NCBI GenBank assembly: GCA_964247055.1
Contig: OZ176053.1
Span: 5,084,001-5,148,000 of the forward strand
Direction: 5' to 3'
Length of the DNA stretch: 64,000 nt
DNA from: Paragordius varius
Taxonomy: Eukaryota > Animalia > Nematomorpha
Made by a program: the position numbers and the translations under genes. Below, piece after piece: positions 53,681 through 64,000 of this stretch. Position 1 is the first letter of the stretch. Every line of letters starts with the position of its first letter. The notes beneath the pieces were generated by a model. That model was not told the DNA's origin, made no database searches, and worked only from the letters and a program-made list of their open reading frames with translations.

Positions 53681-55586
53681 TTACTATTGACGAAGGGTTT
53701 CACATATCGTTTATAATTTCTATTTATAATTTCATTTAATTCTATTTAATTATCCTTTATCATTATATTACAGATTTTAACAACTGTTATATTATGGATA
53801 TGTTTATAAATGGGACTGAATGATAATTAATATATAAAAATTGTCCCCCTGTTTTGTGTTCATTAAGATTATTTTGCACTAACAATCTTTTACTGCATAC
53901 GCTACTGTATACCTCTTTTTGTCTGTCCAATATAAACATCATCACAATCATTACATTTGACTTTGTAAACTACAGATTTTTCATCTTGTACCTTTCTGGT
54001 GATAATTTATATATGTTATTAAGAGGTTTAAAAATAATATGGAACTTTGATTTTAAAATGTCCTTGATTTTGTAACTGACGTTTCGTGGAAAGGTATCAC
54101 TAGTATTTTTTTATCCTTTGTGTTGTTATCGGTATTACTGTACCTGTTATTGTTATTAATCTCATTATTCTTTTTATCTTTATTATTTCCATTATGTTTC
54201 ATAATTTTATAGCGTTTGTAATAAGGTGCTGGGGATAATTTTTTTCTAAAAACTTTTTAACCAGTAACGATGTTTGTGCAGCTTTTATTTTTAAATCATT
54301 AGGAATAATAATGTAAATTGTAGTAAACTGTGTACGAATTAAAACAATTTGGAGGGTGGTGTGAGGTATAATCAATTATGTATGTATCCGATTTATAATA
54401 TACTTGAGTTTTAATAATATCATTGTCTCTCGTTAATAATATATCGAGAAATGGGATTTTATTATTTTCTTTTTCTATAGTGAAGCGTAAAGGGCTAGTA
54501 CAATTAAACTGTTTTTGTAACTTTTTTATAATATTTTCCTCATCTATGCAAATTATATCATCTACATATCTATAATAAAAGTAGGGTTTTTCAATTTTTT
54601 CAAATACTTTTGATTCTATGTATCTGACTGTTATTTCCGATATTGTACTATGGTTAGAAAATGTAAATAATTAACTTTGAAAAGCTTTTAGGCTTTTTAT
54701 CAGAAAAAACTTGATAAATTTTGATATAAATATCAGCTGTTCGTTTATTAGATGGTTTGTAGCTGCAATGTAGGTAAATGTGAATATATCATTCAAACTT
54801 TGGCAATAAATAAATAAAAATTAAAATAGTAGCTGTATTGTATCGTGGCCGTAACATTTTTTTCAGTTCCATGATTGAAATATAATAAAATATTTATTGA
54901 TTCCATTTATTATATTTAATGCGATCCGCCGAATTTTCGAAGCTAAAAATGCAGCTCACTAAGCCATTTAGGTTGGACACCCCTGATCTATAAGCCAAGA
55001 ATAACGTGTACAACTTTGATAGAAGTTCTCAAACACGGCAACAATTTGCAGTTGAATATATTACCAACCTAGAAGCTGCTAACGAATCAGTAGTTATTAA
55101 CTGGATTCATTAATGGTAATCATCTCTTAAAAGCATATTACGGAGGAATAATTTTATATAACCATAACCGATACTTAATAAATTGCTATGGCCACACTTT
55201 CAACTAACTCTAATGAGAATCCTGGATGTTTGTTTTAAAGCAAAAATTCGGCTAGTCGGCGCAATTGTATTCTCACCTTTCTTTGTAAGAAAACTTAATG
55301 GTAATTAATTCGTTTGAACCATGGGTTTAGACCAATACTTATTTGTACCTGTTTACTAATACATATTAATCATAAATACTACTAATAGTATATTTAAATA
55401 ATGGTTTATTATTACAGTGATATCTTAATATTCACATTTGTAAATATGAATGGACCTTTTCTCGTAGTTGTCATGTTTCAAAAGCATTCCGCAAAGTATG
55501 GCACTGCCATATTACATTGGTATCAAACTAGTACTGTATAATTTACATCATAGTTTATTTTAGTATTATTTATATAAAATAGAATA

Positions 55587-58500
55587 TTAAAGTGTAGGCG
55601 CATAAAATAATCCACAAAATGCTTCCTGTAAAGCTCGGTAGCACGGCAAACTTTCTGTGTATCCACCTGCCCTTTCTACCTCATTTGCGGCTCGAATATT
55701 ATACAAATATCTACAAAATAGAAAATATTATATTAACGAAAAATCAAGAAAAAGTATAATTTTTAATACATTAAATCAAATGATGTATTATACTACCCAA
55801 GAGTTTTAAGAGAAGCCAAACTCGGTGGTTCAGGGCCGTCAAAAAAATCCATTTTAGGCGCTTCGTATTGATATGGCTCAGGTTTTTCATCCGATTCTTT
55901 CACATGATATCGATTAATGACGGGGAAATTATATGTGACCTGCGCGATTAGAAATACCCATTTAAATAACCGAAATAATATAATTATTTAAAATAATAGG
56001 TTTTTTACTACATAAATATTCAAAAAAATTTTAACAAATAAATAAAAAGCAAAAATTAGCTATTTAGATACTAAGAAAATATATTTTTTTATGAGAGGAA
56101 ATTAATAAAAGTTTCTAGTTTAAATATCTAAAACTTCGGGTATATGGTCAAGATCATGAGCAAATGTGAGAAGGGAACCATTTTGAGACCCAATTTTTTT
56201 GATGAGTGTATCACCATGAGCTCCTTCAACACTTATATCTATGCCAGGGTGTTCGGATGACATGTCATTTTCGAGTTGTTTGGATATACGCAATTGTACA
56301 CTCTTTATTACCATTTCAGCGGGCATATCACTGTTAGCTAGCTCATTCAATATAAGATCATTCACATTGGGGTGATGTGTTTTAATCTGAAATTATATAA
56401 TACTCATTTTTGAAAATAAAATTTCTTTTCCCTATAATTTATTTAAAATAAGGATATTGCTGAATCATACAATATTAATCTGATTTTAAAAAAATTAAAG
56501 AGCTATCCACTCCTGGGGGTTTTTTCATAAAAATTGAATAGAATCTCTTTATGGGATCATCAATATATAATTCGGATAAATTCAAATTAGGTTTCTCAAT
56601 TTTTCTTAATTAAATTTTTAGGAAAAATGCATATATTGACTTGAAAATTGTGAGATTTTTTGGTAGAAACTATGTCCAAAATCACTATTTGCGAAAAACA
56701 AAAAAGCTCTATAATATTTTAATGATCAAAAATTAATATTAATTTTTGGATTTTAATGCTTTTGGAAAGGTAGAAAAACTTAAAGAAGTTTTACATAAAT
56801 AATTAATAATAAGCCTTTGATAAAATACTAAAATTTTAACCAAACCTTTTTAATTTGACTAGTATTTTCGGGTATTTTGTGGGTAATATCATTATCAACA
56901 TTAGTATTGGAATTGTGAGTATCACCGTAATTAATCGCATGTGCTTCCATTCTTTCCTGCTCAATTATCCGTTCCAATTCTTCTTGATCTTTTGTCTAAT
57001 AAATATATTGAGTTTATATAGTTAAAAATTTTGGTTAAACTTAAATAGTTCCTTTTTTCCTAATCGAGAACATAAAATTTATACAAAAAGTTAGCAAAGA
57101 TCTGAATTTATATTTTCAAAATAATATCTTTATCTAAGGTTTTTGAAAATTTCTAAATAAAATATTTCGTTTAACATATCAGCTTTTTCAAACTTTAAGA
57201 TATTAAAATTATTAGAAACCATGGAAAATTGAATAAAATTATACATGAAATAGGAAAATATCTAGAAAAGGGCCAGGTGTCAGAGGCTTGTTCCCTACCG
57301 CCCTGTTCACACAGAACCTTACAGCCTTGTTGCGCTTTTAGGTAAAATAAAAGGCCCGATAATTCATTCATCGGTGTTTATAACAAATATTTTTATGTTA
57401 ATATTCGCAAGTGAGCAACGCATGTAAATAAAACAATTTCTAACAATGTATTGTAAGTCGTTAAAATCCACATATTTTTTTCATTTAGCAATTTGGTATT
57501 AATTTACCCGCTTACGGTTGTACATTTACTATTCCTGACAAGTATAAACAAATCAGTTTTCCACCATCTGTCAGAACCATCTGAGCCCAAGCCATGTCTT
57601 CTTATACACTAGGCTGATCGGGTATAAAGATTTCATTTTAAAGCTGCTTTAGGAGGAGCATGTATATTCGAAAATAGCAGAGGGATTGGTGTTTTTTTGC
57701 TATTTTAGTGTTAAAATTGCAAAAAGCGTCTGCTCCATTGAATCGCCTTCATTTAAATATATGCTAATTTATCCTTAAGGCCAACATTGTTTGCGCTCAA
57801 AGGAAGTTGGACAGCGGTTGAAACTAAGGATATTTGTCTATCCTAGATTTTATGGCTTGTCCGTATTGCCAAGCTTTATCAAGCAAACTCGCAAGGCTCA
57901 GGTTTGTGCTAACAAATCACTACGAGTCATCACAGGGGATATTTTCTCGAGAAAAAACATTGTTAACTGGCTACTTATGAGCTCTATTTAAAGACGGATA
58001 CGCTGCCATCGGTAGTGGGGATACCCTGGTCAACGTGGAGGCTTAACATTTACGCCATAATAAAATGAGCGCGCTTAATGAAGTTTTAGAATAGAAGCTA
58101 AGACGCTTGAGTACATGTGTGTTTGCTTGCAGATTAGAAAAACTGATTTTATTGTGGTAATTGGAGAACTGAAAAATGTCAATTTGACAAAACTTTTAAA
58201 ATAGATGTGTTATTTTGAATGGCAACGAGAGACTTTCTTTGTAAATATTGTGTTGTTTTCATACCAATTTAGCAATCAAAATTGGTTTACTCATAGGAAT
58301 ATTTATGAGTTACTATTTTATGTTTTATTATAATTTTTCGTTAAAAACACCAAAAATTGAGGTAGTGTCCTCTGTGAAATGCGGTATGAGACATGCCTAC
58401 CCCACCCTTTTCTAAATATGTGGCTGAAACTTTAAATTTGATGTAATAAAATAATACTCATGCTTTATTAATTCACCAAATTTACACATAGCTTTGATAA

Positions 58501-59127
58501 AATATTTTTATTCATTTTAAGTTTAAAATTGAATATTGACTCATTAATTAAATTGATAAAATTTTTATGCAAAATTTGTAAAGTTTTAACTTAATATATT
58601 AATTGCACTAGTTTAAAAAGCCGTACATATAATTTTAAAACAAATAATATACAAAAATTTACCGTTTTGCCTTTATTCTTCCCAATATGATCTCTATTCT
58701 CTTTTTTATATTGTTCAATTTTCTTTTTTGCGGATTCATTAAGCGTTTCAGGGCCATTTTTCCCGGAATCAAGCAGTTCAAAAACTATATCTTCAATAAA
58801 TTCCAGGTAATCATTGTATTCTTTGATTGATGCAAAATCCTCTTCAGTTTTATTAAAAACTTCACGACTTAGTCGCTTACGAATTTCAATTTCTCTTTCA
58901 ATTAATGAATTTTCAAAGACTTGTAAGCGATATAATGAACGTTTAAGAGCTATGTGACATTCGGGGCAATGCCCTGATGCTCTTGAACCGAAAATAAGAT
59001 CAACACAAGCTTCGCATCTAAATAAAAATTATATTTACAATGGGTGTCCACATGTATTAACCAAAAGCTTCAAAGAAGGATTTCGTAATTTGGATGTTTT
59101 ACATCGTGGGCAAGTAATATCATCCAT
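55587..59127 (-). CDS. MNAT1: CDK-activating kinase assembly factor MAT1, ~370 aa; exons 59127-59039, 59017-58663, 56995-56846, 56386-56135, 55939-55797, 55710-55587
   Basis: [30 protein letters not shown]|[15 protein letters not shown] (RING); EIEIRKR..NKTEEDF..EYNDYLE; C-terminal GPEPPSL..LG|[26 protein letters not shown]. Phases are consistent and the total is 1113 nt; the model requires a 21-nt first intron. Confidence 0.95.
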
Positions 59128-59612
59128 GGTCCTAATAAATTTATCACATGAATTTTTTGTAATGTTAGGTGTGTGTTATTCTGAGAAGGCTTAATTTAAA
59201 AATATAGCAATGTTGATGTATGGCACCGGCTGACGCAACATCCTCTCCAGGCTAGAATCGAACAATGACCGTAAATCCTTAATGACCCCGATCTTTAAAA
59301 CTTACCGAAAAAAACTTCAATAATTGTGGCCAACTGAGCTCTTGAAGCTGCGCTGATGAACGCGATTACGATTATATCCCGAAAACCTTGATCACTTTTA
59401 AGCTCTTGGCAAGAGGAAACGCACCAGAGTTACTAATATCCCGTTGAAAACCAACGCAAAACTTCCCTGCTATATGACGATGACATCGGAACCGCTGATA
59501 TTTGAGGGCTGATTACCAATATTCAACTTTTATTTGAACCGGATACTTTGCTCCAGATTGAATGATACTATTGCGAAGTCGGTATTATTTTAAGGTTAAT
59601 ACCACTGCTGGA

Positions 59613-59996
59613 TAAGGTATGAAATTTATTTTACAACGCTCTGTTAATGTCAGTTAATATTGATGTAATTAAGGTAATATTCATTTTAAAACTTGTTAAT
59701 GTCAGTATTGATGTAATTAAGGTATAAATTTTTATTTCACAACGCTCTGTTAATGTCAGTTAGTATTCATGTAATTAAGGTATACATTTTTATTTTACAA
59801 CGCTTTGTTAATGTCAGTATTGATGTAATTAAGGTATAAATTTTTACTTCACAACGCTCTGTTAATGTCAGTTAGTATTCATGTAATTAAGGTATACATT
59901 TTATTTTACAACGTTGTTAATGTCAGTATTGATGTAATTAAGGTATAAATTTTTATTTTACAACGCTCTGTTAAAGTCAGTTAGTATTGATGTAAT
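59613..59996. repeat. Minisatellite, ~7 units of 48-58 bp alternating long and short (dimeric higher-order repeat)
   Basis: AAGGTA starts at 59614, 59671, 59719, 59777, 59831, 59889 and 59940; units alternate GTCAGTTA(G/A)TATT and GTCAGTATT. Confidence 0.92.
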
Positions 59997-60824
59997 ATTT
60001 AAAACAAAATCTGTTAATGGTAAACACCTTACAGTTAGTTAAGAATATAGACTGCTTCACAGAGATATCCCACGAACAAAATGTACCACTGAATGTATAA
60101 AGCATGCAAGACGCGACTCTGAGTAGACTATTAGCCAATTATTGTGGGACGACGTCCTGGGAAGCAATGCTGGAGCCGCTGATATTTGAGCAGGGCTGGT
60201 TACCAATCTCCGACATTTTGTTGGTCGGAGTTGAGACTTACCTCAGAGCAAGGTCAACGACCACTTATCCCGGGTTAGCGTCCCAGTTGAAGGTACAACT
60301 GAAACATGGTCGCACGAAGGGGTAACGTTGACGCTTGTAATGTCTAAGATCTCCAAAATTGGTCTACCTTAAAGGCCACACTCATTTAGAAGCAAAAGAA
60401 GACCCCCTTCCACACCAAAGATAAGAGCTTAATTAACTCTACATTTGATCCAATATAGACCTTTGACATTACTTTATGGAGTAATCAAACCCTGTTTGTA
60501 CGGTTATTTAAACTCAAATATTGCTTTTATTTACCTAACAAGGCGATATTAACATTTCTTTTAAAAATATATGTATATATATATATATATATAGCTTATT
60601 AACTATACTAACTCCCATTAACACATCTAACATGAAGGCTTTTATTTATGTATGTAGATACTAACGTCAACCCCAACCTCCGATGTGTTTCCCCGCTCTG
60701 AAGCTCAATGCATTACGGGTGGGTAGGGATTGCCTTGACGGCAGGTGGCCGACGATCTTCCGACGCTACACCCTTTACTTGTTTACTTGTGTTATTCTGA
60801 TTTTTCAAAAAATCTCCTTATTAA

Positions 60825-61381
60825 CACTCGGATACAACACATTCATTTTAGTCATTCGATTCAAATTGGGGTAGTTAAATACCCCAGGTCTGCTTAAAAT
60901 TAAATTCTTTAAAAAATATGGAAGGAATTAAAATCTTGGCAAAACTTTGTACTTATATAACATTAATAAACTGAAATATAAAAAATTTTATTCAAAAATA
61001 CTTAATATTAATAATTTTAAGCTAAAACCGAAAGGTAAAAATTTAGTCAACGTGCCATGTGTGCCATGTTAAAATTGATAAATAATACAAAATAAACCGC
61101 TTTTTCTATTTGTATCAATGTTAAATGTAATTTAAATAAAAAATAAGCTTTTATTTTACCCTAAAAATTAAATTAAGACGATATTTTGCAAAAATTTTGT
61201 AATATAAAAATGGCGTCGAAGTAGTTTCAAAACAAAATTATTTTTAGATATTTTGGCATATTTATATAATTTTGATTAGGATAGAAGCATAAATTTAAAT
61301 TGGGACCCTTTCCTTCAGTAGTTTTTTAAAAATATTAACTCAAATTTAGTCTGGGGTATTTAGATACCCCAATTTGAAGTG
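60825..61381. mobile_element. TTAA-flanked (piggyBac-like) MITE, ~557 bp, second copy in inverted orientation
   Basis: TTAA at 60821-60824 and 61382-61385; both ends and the interior (AAAAATTTAGTCAA..CATGTGTGC) match the reverse complement of 6837-7394. Confidence 0.75.
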
Positions 61382-62669
61382 TTAAATCAATAATATCCAT
61401 ATATATTTCTAAAAACACACCTTTTTATAATATCTTTATTTTAATAATTATCAAGGGACATGACAAAAAAATGCAGTTACACAGGGTTAACGAGATTATC
61501 CGTATCAATCATGCTCAATTGATAAACTTTTATTAGAGTAAAAGGGCTATTTTACCCTAAATTATTTCATACCATTTTTCATTTAAAAACCAATTTTTTT
61601 CAAACACTTTTTAACCAAACAACATTCAATGGCTTGCAAATCGTATCAAACAGCTATGAAGTTTTTGTCGGTGTTACATAGTGCACGCCCTGAATAGGGA
61701 TAAAGATTTTTTGCCGCCCTTTAAATTAGTACCATTGATTTAAAGTAAATTAATTTCAGATTATTAATTTTTAATGATTAATTCGAAAAAATTGGGATTC
61801 CTAATTATATTTACCAAAGCAAAATGTTTTATTTGTATTATATATATAAAGACTTTCTATTACTCCTATAAAATCAATCCCATAATTACTATAATATTGT
61901 TATATTTGCTTGACTTTTATTAATTATGAGAGTTACTTTGCATTAAGCGATGAAGCCTAGTTAGATAAGACAGGCTTTCCTGGCTGGCCCCAATAAGAAT
62001 TAATATAATTAACTACCAGAATATTTTGACAACTAACATGTGTAAAATTATTTGTTATGAAGGCAATTGGACTATATTCATTAAGCTCTCTGAAGCTAGT
62101 TGGACAAATTTCCCACAAACCCTCATAACATTTATGGTTAAAAGGAGAGCTCATTTAGTACGAAACATGCAGAGAGTGAGAAAAAGGATGTAACTTGTCT
62201 CTCCTATAGATTTGACAGAACTTGTCAGAAAGAGCTTGGTTTCAGAATATTAAACTCTAACCTAGCATTTAATTTAAATACCCTTTTTTCATGTGTCGTC
62301 ATCGCATTTAAAAAATCACAAAAAAGTCTTATTTTTAAATTGAGTTTTGCAAACTGTCAGTCCATTACATAGAAAAAAAGAGCGAAAACGGTTTTTTTAA
62401 ACGAAAATGTGTGCTCTTCGAAATATTGAATTTATCAATGTTTGAGGGATTATATATATACTATATTAAAAAGTATTTATCTATAATGATGTGGATAAAA
62501 AACATATATCTTAAATCCAAATTTTATCTCATTGTCTAATTTCACAGATATAAAAGTTTTAATCTATATTTTATAAAAATGGAAAGTGGTGGCTTTGTGA
62601 TCTTCCGGAAAACCGATAGACCCATTAAAATCCAAATATCGAAAACCCGACAATGGCTTCCCTTTTTTT

Positions 62670-63410
62670 GAATTAGGCCCCCAGTTCGGGCCCACCCCGT
62701 GTAATAAACGGTTTTTTTTCAAAAACATAAGTCCACAAAAATCGTGTCTTTGAAAAAAATTTCCCCAAAACGCGTTGGACCATTCGATTTCAAATATAAT
62801 TTTTTTTTCTTATTATGATTGCGCCGAACATAGTCGGCTCGCTTTATAATTTAGGCGTCTTTTTACCCGCTCCCCCCGTAAAATGCCACTTTTTTCAAAA
62901 AAATTAAGTCCACAAAAATAATTTTTTGAATCTATTTTTCGCCCAAAGTATGAGACCGTAAAAATTCAATAAAAATTCCAGGTAATCCCTCTTAAAAGGC
63001 AAAAATTTTAGTCAAGCGTTTTTTTGATGATAGCTGCTTGGTAAGGAGATACACGCTAAAAACTGACCCGTCATATCAAAACAGCCTGCCTTTGAAGCTA
63101 AATTTCAGAAACCTATCAGGCCATATGATTTAAATAGCTGCTTAAAATATTCAATAACAAGGCAAAAATATAGATCGGTGCTTTTTTTAAATTAGCTGTT
63201 AATTAAGCCCTTCATGCCCTGAAAAATGGGCCACCATAGAATGATTTTTCAGTTTTGAGGCAATTTTTCCAAAAACTAATGAGAGCATATGGAATCAATC
63301 ATGATTCCAGGTATTCTCCGTAAAAAGGCAAAAATTTTATTCAAGCGCTTTTTTTCTATCAGCCTCTGGGTATGGAGCTACCCGCCTAAAACTGCGCCAC
63401 CATATCGAAT
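62670..63410. repeat. Decayed internal direct repeats (a ~177-bp-spaced pair and a ~329-bp-spaced pair), probably part of an old DNA element
   Basis: TTCAAAAA..AAGTCCACAAAAAT at ~62719 and ~62895; TTCCAGGTA..AAAAGGCAAAAATTTTA.TCAAGCG at 62976 and 63305. Confidence 0.55.
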
Positions 63411-64000
63411 ATGTTTATAGTATTATTATATGCCTGTAAGCAGAAAAATGTTTAAAAAGCAGATTAATTAATAATTGGACAAAAGTAACCAAAAGATCTC
63501 ACCAAAAAATCCGGCTAAAAAAGTTTAACTGCAAAACCTCTTAGAAATCATTTACCATTTAAGGGAAAGCTCCACACCTATACTCTCCGGATTCGTAGGA
63601 ATAATTTTTTTACACGGATATTAACAATATCGAAAATGTGATGCCTGCTTATGATTGCATTCATTTTTAGATAACCAATCAATATTATTAAAACTGTGAA
63701 TATATGACGGTAACTAAATATTTAAATTAATTTTTTAATTAAATTTTATAAAGTCATTTAATAGTTTTTAATTGGTTATTTTTATCAATCTCATAAGCCT
63801 AATGCTTATCTCTTTCATCATCCATTTGTTATTTGAAACGATAATTGGAAAAAAGTTCATATGGTAAAATGGCTTATTTAAAATTTATAAGAACCGTTTT
63901 TCAGCTGGTTAGTAACGTCCTATCAAAAACCGGTTAATGTCAAAAATCTCATAAAACAATATCTGTCCATCATGCGTTGGCTAACTCAAAAACTTATTTT

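Larger units (their letters stand above)
52976..53790. mobile_element. Young inverted-repeat insertion (arms 53011-53375 and 53429-53790, 53-nt spacer, 35-nt one-sided tail), probably inverted pseudo-LTRs of a second Penelope-like family
   Basis: Arms differ at only a handful of positions; an 11-bp direct repeat ATTATGGATAT flanks it (52965-52975, 53791-53801); each arm contains a hammerhead motif. Confidence 0.8.
52900..53907. mobile_element. TA-flanked MITE with perfect 64-bp TIRs (CAGTAGCGTATGCAG...), inserted in the Penelope GIY-YIG region
   Basis: TA at 52898-52899 and 53908-53909; TIRs 52900-52963 and 53844-53907. Removing the element plus one TA restores the reading GQTKRGI-NTRIKEHK. 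Confidence 0.9.
52540..54770 (-). mobile_element. Penelope-like retroelement relic (RT + GIY-YIG endonuclease), split by nested insertions
   Basis: Minus-strand motifs in order: YRYVDDII (~54557-54574), RFTIEKENNKIPFLDILLTR..TQVYYK..SHHP, NYPQHLI, SVVYKVKCNDCDDVYIGQTKRGI (~53910-53975). After the insertion: NTRIKEHKAA..SALAYQAHKYRHNIDWDNVEILDKEEN..RLLKESYYI (52897 to ~52700). Confidence 0.93.

Noticed and set aside
57260-58400. GC-richer stretch in MAT1 intron 2 as a piggyBac or Tc1 transposase relic
   Set aside because: The peptide resemblances are too weak and conflicting, and no TIR or TSD was found; left unassigned.
59018-59038. Stop-codon (TAA) reassignment as an explanation for the MAT1 interruption
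   Set aside because: TAA terminates V-ATPase d, MAT1, RGK and the BTB gene normally; the 21 nt have GT-AG ends and would add 7 residues inside the RING.
59353-59385. CTGATGA...CGAAA as a further hammerhead
   Set aside because: There is no G-C closed stem II and no convincing stem I/III pairing or NUH site.
59613-59996. 50-58 bp periodic array as a possible CRISPR
   Set aside because: Whole units are near-identical with no variable spacers; it is an ordinary minisatellite.
61957-62154. ORF containing GLWEIC, reminiscent of the claudin/PMP22 GLW..C motif
   Set aside because: No usable in-frame acceptor or adjacent transmembrane-coding exons were found; a single short motif is insufficient.

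Overview
AT-rich invertebrate animal genomic DNA (eukaryotic, GT-AG spliced genes; taxon not determinable from the window). I reconstructed by hand exon chains with consistent splice phases for five recognisable spliced genes: a glycogen-targeting PP1 subunit (PPP1R3/CBM21, +), a 12-exon secreted ZP-domain protein (+), an RGK (Rem/Rad/Gem) GTPase (+), V-ATPase subunit d (-) and MAT1/MNAT1 (-). There is also an intronless BTB-only ORF and an uncharacterised low-complexity gene. Introns and intergenic DNA contain many transposon relics: an RTE LINE, a TSD-flanked hAT element and related MITEs, TTAA-flanked MITEs, several foldback palindromes and a Penelope-like element. Most notable: (i) MAT1 appears to need splicing of a 21-nt GT-AG intron containing in-frame stops, placed inside the RING finger. 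(ii) A three-layer nest at 52.5-54.8 kb: a Penelope RT/GIY-YIG relic is split by a TA-flanked MITE, which is itself split by a young ~780-bp inverted repeat carrying a mirror pair of intact-looking minimal hammerhead ribozymes. (iii) An unusual ZP-N/ZP-N/ZP-C protein with long linkers and no membrane anchor. (iv) A CBM21 domain split by a ~100-aa insertion. All product calls rest on motif recognition, not database searches.
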